Shown here: positions 61,868-64,000 of the stretch, piece after piece
Layout of the letters: each line of letters begins with the position of its first letter
How positions within the stretch are numbered: the first letter of the stretch is position 1
NCBI GenBank assembly: GCA_002269645.1
Contig: NIVC01002378.1
Span: 62,001-126,000 of the forward strand
Reading direction: 5' to 3'
DNA: 64,000 nucleotides
Origin: Macrostomum lignano
Lineage: Eukaryota
Program-made: the position numbers and the translations under genes
The notes under the pieces: model-generated
What the model saw: only the letters and a program-made list of their open reading frames with translations
Told to the model about the DNA's origin: nothing
The model's database searches: none

Positions 61868-64000
61868 CGTGACCCTGACAGTGATCAGTGACTGTGACCC
61901 TCACTCTACCATTCTATGATCAGTGACTGTGACCCTCACTCTACCATTCTTTGATCAGTGACAGTGACCCTGACTCTACCTTTCTATGATCAGTGACAGT
62001 GACCCTGACTCTACCATTCTATCAGTGACTGTGACCCTGACTCTACCATTCTATGATCAGTAACAGTGACCCTCACTCTACCATTCTATGATCAGTGACA
62101 GTGACCCTCACTCTACCATTCTATGATCAGTGACAGTGACCCTCACTCTACCATTCTATGATCAGTGACAGTGACCCTCACTCTACCATTCTATGATCAG
62201 TGACAGTGACTCTGACTCTACCATTCTATCAGTGACTGTGACCCTGACTCTACCATTCTATCAGTGACTGTGACCCTGACTCTACCATTCTATGATCAGT
62301 GACAGTGACCCTGACTCTACCATTCTATCAGTGACAGTGACCCTGACTCTACCATTCTATCAGTGACTGTGACCCTGACTCTACAATTCTACATGTATAA
62401 TGATCAGTGACAGTGACCCTGACTCTACAATTCTACATGTATAATGATCAGTGACAGTGACCCTGACTCTACAATTCTACATGTATAGTGATTAGTGACT
62501 GTGACCCTCACTCTACCATTCTACGATCAGTGACTGTGACCCTGACTCTACCATTCTATGATCAGTGACAGTGACCCTCACTCTACCATTCTATGATCAG
62601 TGACTGTGACCCTCACTCTACCATTCTATGATCAGTGACTGTGACCCTCACTCTACCATTCTATGATCAGTGACAGTGACCCTGACTCTACCATTCTATG
62701 ATCAGTGACAGTGACCCTCACTCTACCATTCTATGATCAGTGACTGTGACCTTGACTCTACCATTCTATCAGTGACTGTGACCCTGACTCTACAATTCTA
62801 CATGTATAATGATCAGTGACAGTGACCCTGACTCTACAATTCTACATGTATAATGATTAGTGACTGTGACCCTCACTCTACCATTCTACGATCAGTGACT
62901 GTGACCCTCACTCTACCATTCTATGATCAGTGACAGTGACCCTGACTCTACCATTCTATGATCAGTGACTGTGACCCTCACTCTACCATTCTATGATCAG
63001 TGACAGTGACTCTCATTCTACCATTCTATGATCAGTGACTGTGACCCTCACTCTACCATTCTATGATCAGTGACTGTGACCCTCACTCTACCATTCTATG
63101 ATCAGTGCCTGTGACCCTCACTCTACCATTCTATGATCAGTGACAGTGACCCTCACTCTACCATTCTATGATCAGTGACAGTGACCCTCACTCTACCATT
63201 CTATGATCAGTGACAGTGACCCTCACTCTACCATTCTATGATCAGTGACTGTGACCTTGACTCTACCATTCTATGATCAGTGACTGACTCTCACTCTACC
63301 ATTCTATGATCAGTGACTGACTCTCACTCTACAATTCTATAATGATCAGTGACTGTGACTCTCACTCTACAATTCTATAATGATCAGTGACTGACTCTCA
63401 CTCTACAATTCTATAATGATCAGTGACTGACTCTCACTCTACAATTCTATAATGATCAGTGACTGTGACTCTCACTCTACAATTCTATAATGATCAGTGA
63501 CTGTCTCACTCTACAATTCTATAATGATCAGTGACTGACTCTCACTCTACAATTCTATAATGATCAGTGACTGTGACTCTCACTCTACAATTCTATAATG
63601 ATCAGTGACTGACTCTCACTCTACCATTCTATAATGATCAGTGACTGACTCTCACTCTACCATTCTATAATGATCAGTGACTGACTCTCACTCTACAATT
63701 CTATAATGATCAGTGACTTGACTCTCACTCTACAATTCTATAATGATCAGTGACTGACTCTCACTCTACAATTCTATAATGATCAGTGACTGACTCTCAC
63801 TCTGCTCAGCAACCGCAACCCTAGTTGCATCATTTATCTGCTCAAGAGACAGCAAGCTTCTTCACTTATGCTTAGAAATGAATCACGCAAATACCGAAAG
63901 TTTCTGGACAAGTCTTCTTTCAAGTCCAGTTTTTCTTTTGATCATCGGAAAAATGTGTTCAATCGAAGCTGATTTTTTCATTGAGATCGTGCCGTTTGCT
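61868..64000. repeat. Inverted copy of 52679-54955 (satellite plus unique flank); continues past the window end
   Basis: Position 64000 pairs with 52679. The unique flank and the order of rare unit variants (e.g. gagtcaagtcactg ~53030 vs cagtgacttgactc ~63712) are mirrored. Confidence 0.95.

Overview
Eukaryotic (animal) genomic DNA. Short GT-AG introns, a flatworm-style GPCR and minisatellites in most introns suggest a free-living flatworm such as Macrostomum (inference only). From left to right the window holds: (1) a recently disabled BEL/Pao LTR retrotransposon (1-~5170, minus strand); (2) an intronless rhodopsin-like GPCR; (3) a two-exon, 179-aa secreted protein whose helix pattern resembles CNTF/IL-6-family long-chain helical cytokines, with TATA, kB-like and STAT-like motifs upstream (best candidate for an undescribed system); (4) four co-oriented minus-strand genes: a 10-exon meiotic HORMAD/Hop1 with PHD finger, winged helix, closure motif and 11/21/36-nt microexons, a COX18-like gene, a CEP63/DEUP1-like gene, and an orphan gene with a long Pro/Thr/Ala/Ser repeat tail; (5) an AT-rich, strongly CpG-depleted transposon graveyard (Penelope remnant, decayed hAT, two hAT MITEs, one MULE MITE); (6) a >=2.2-kb inverted duplication of a satellite block, one arm ending at a 500-N gap. 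More than 20 distinct micro- and minisatellite arrays fill introns and intergenic space and explain most long ORFs in the supplied track. All gene models were spliced by hand and all homologies are from recalled motifs, not database searches.
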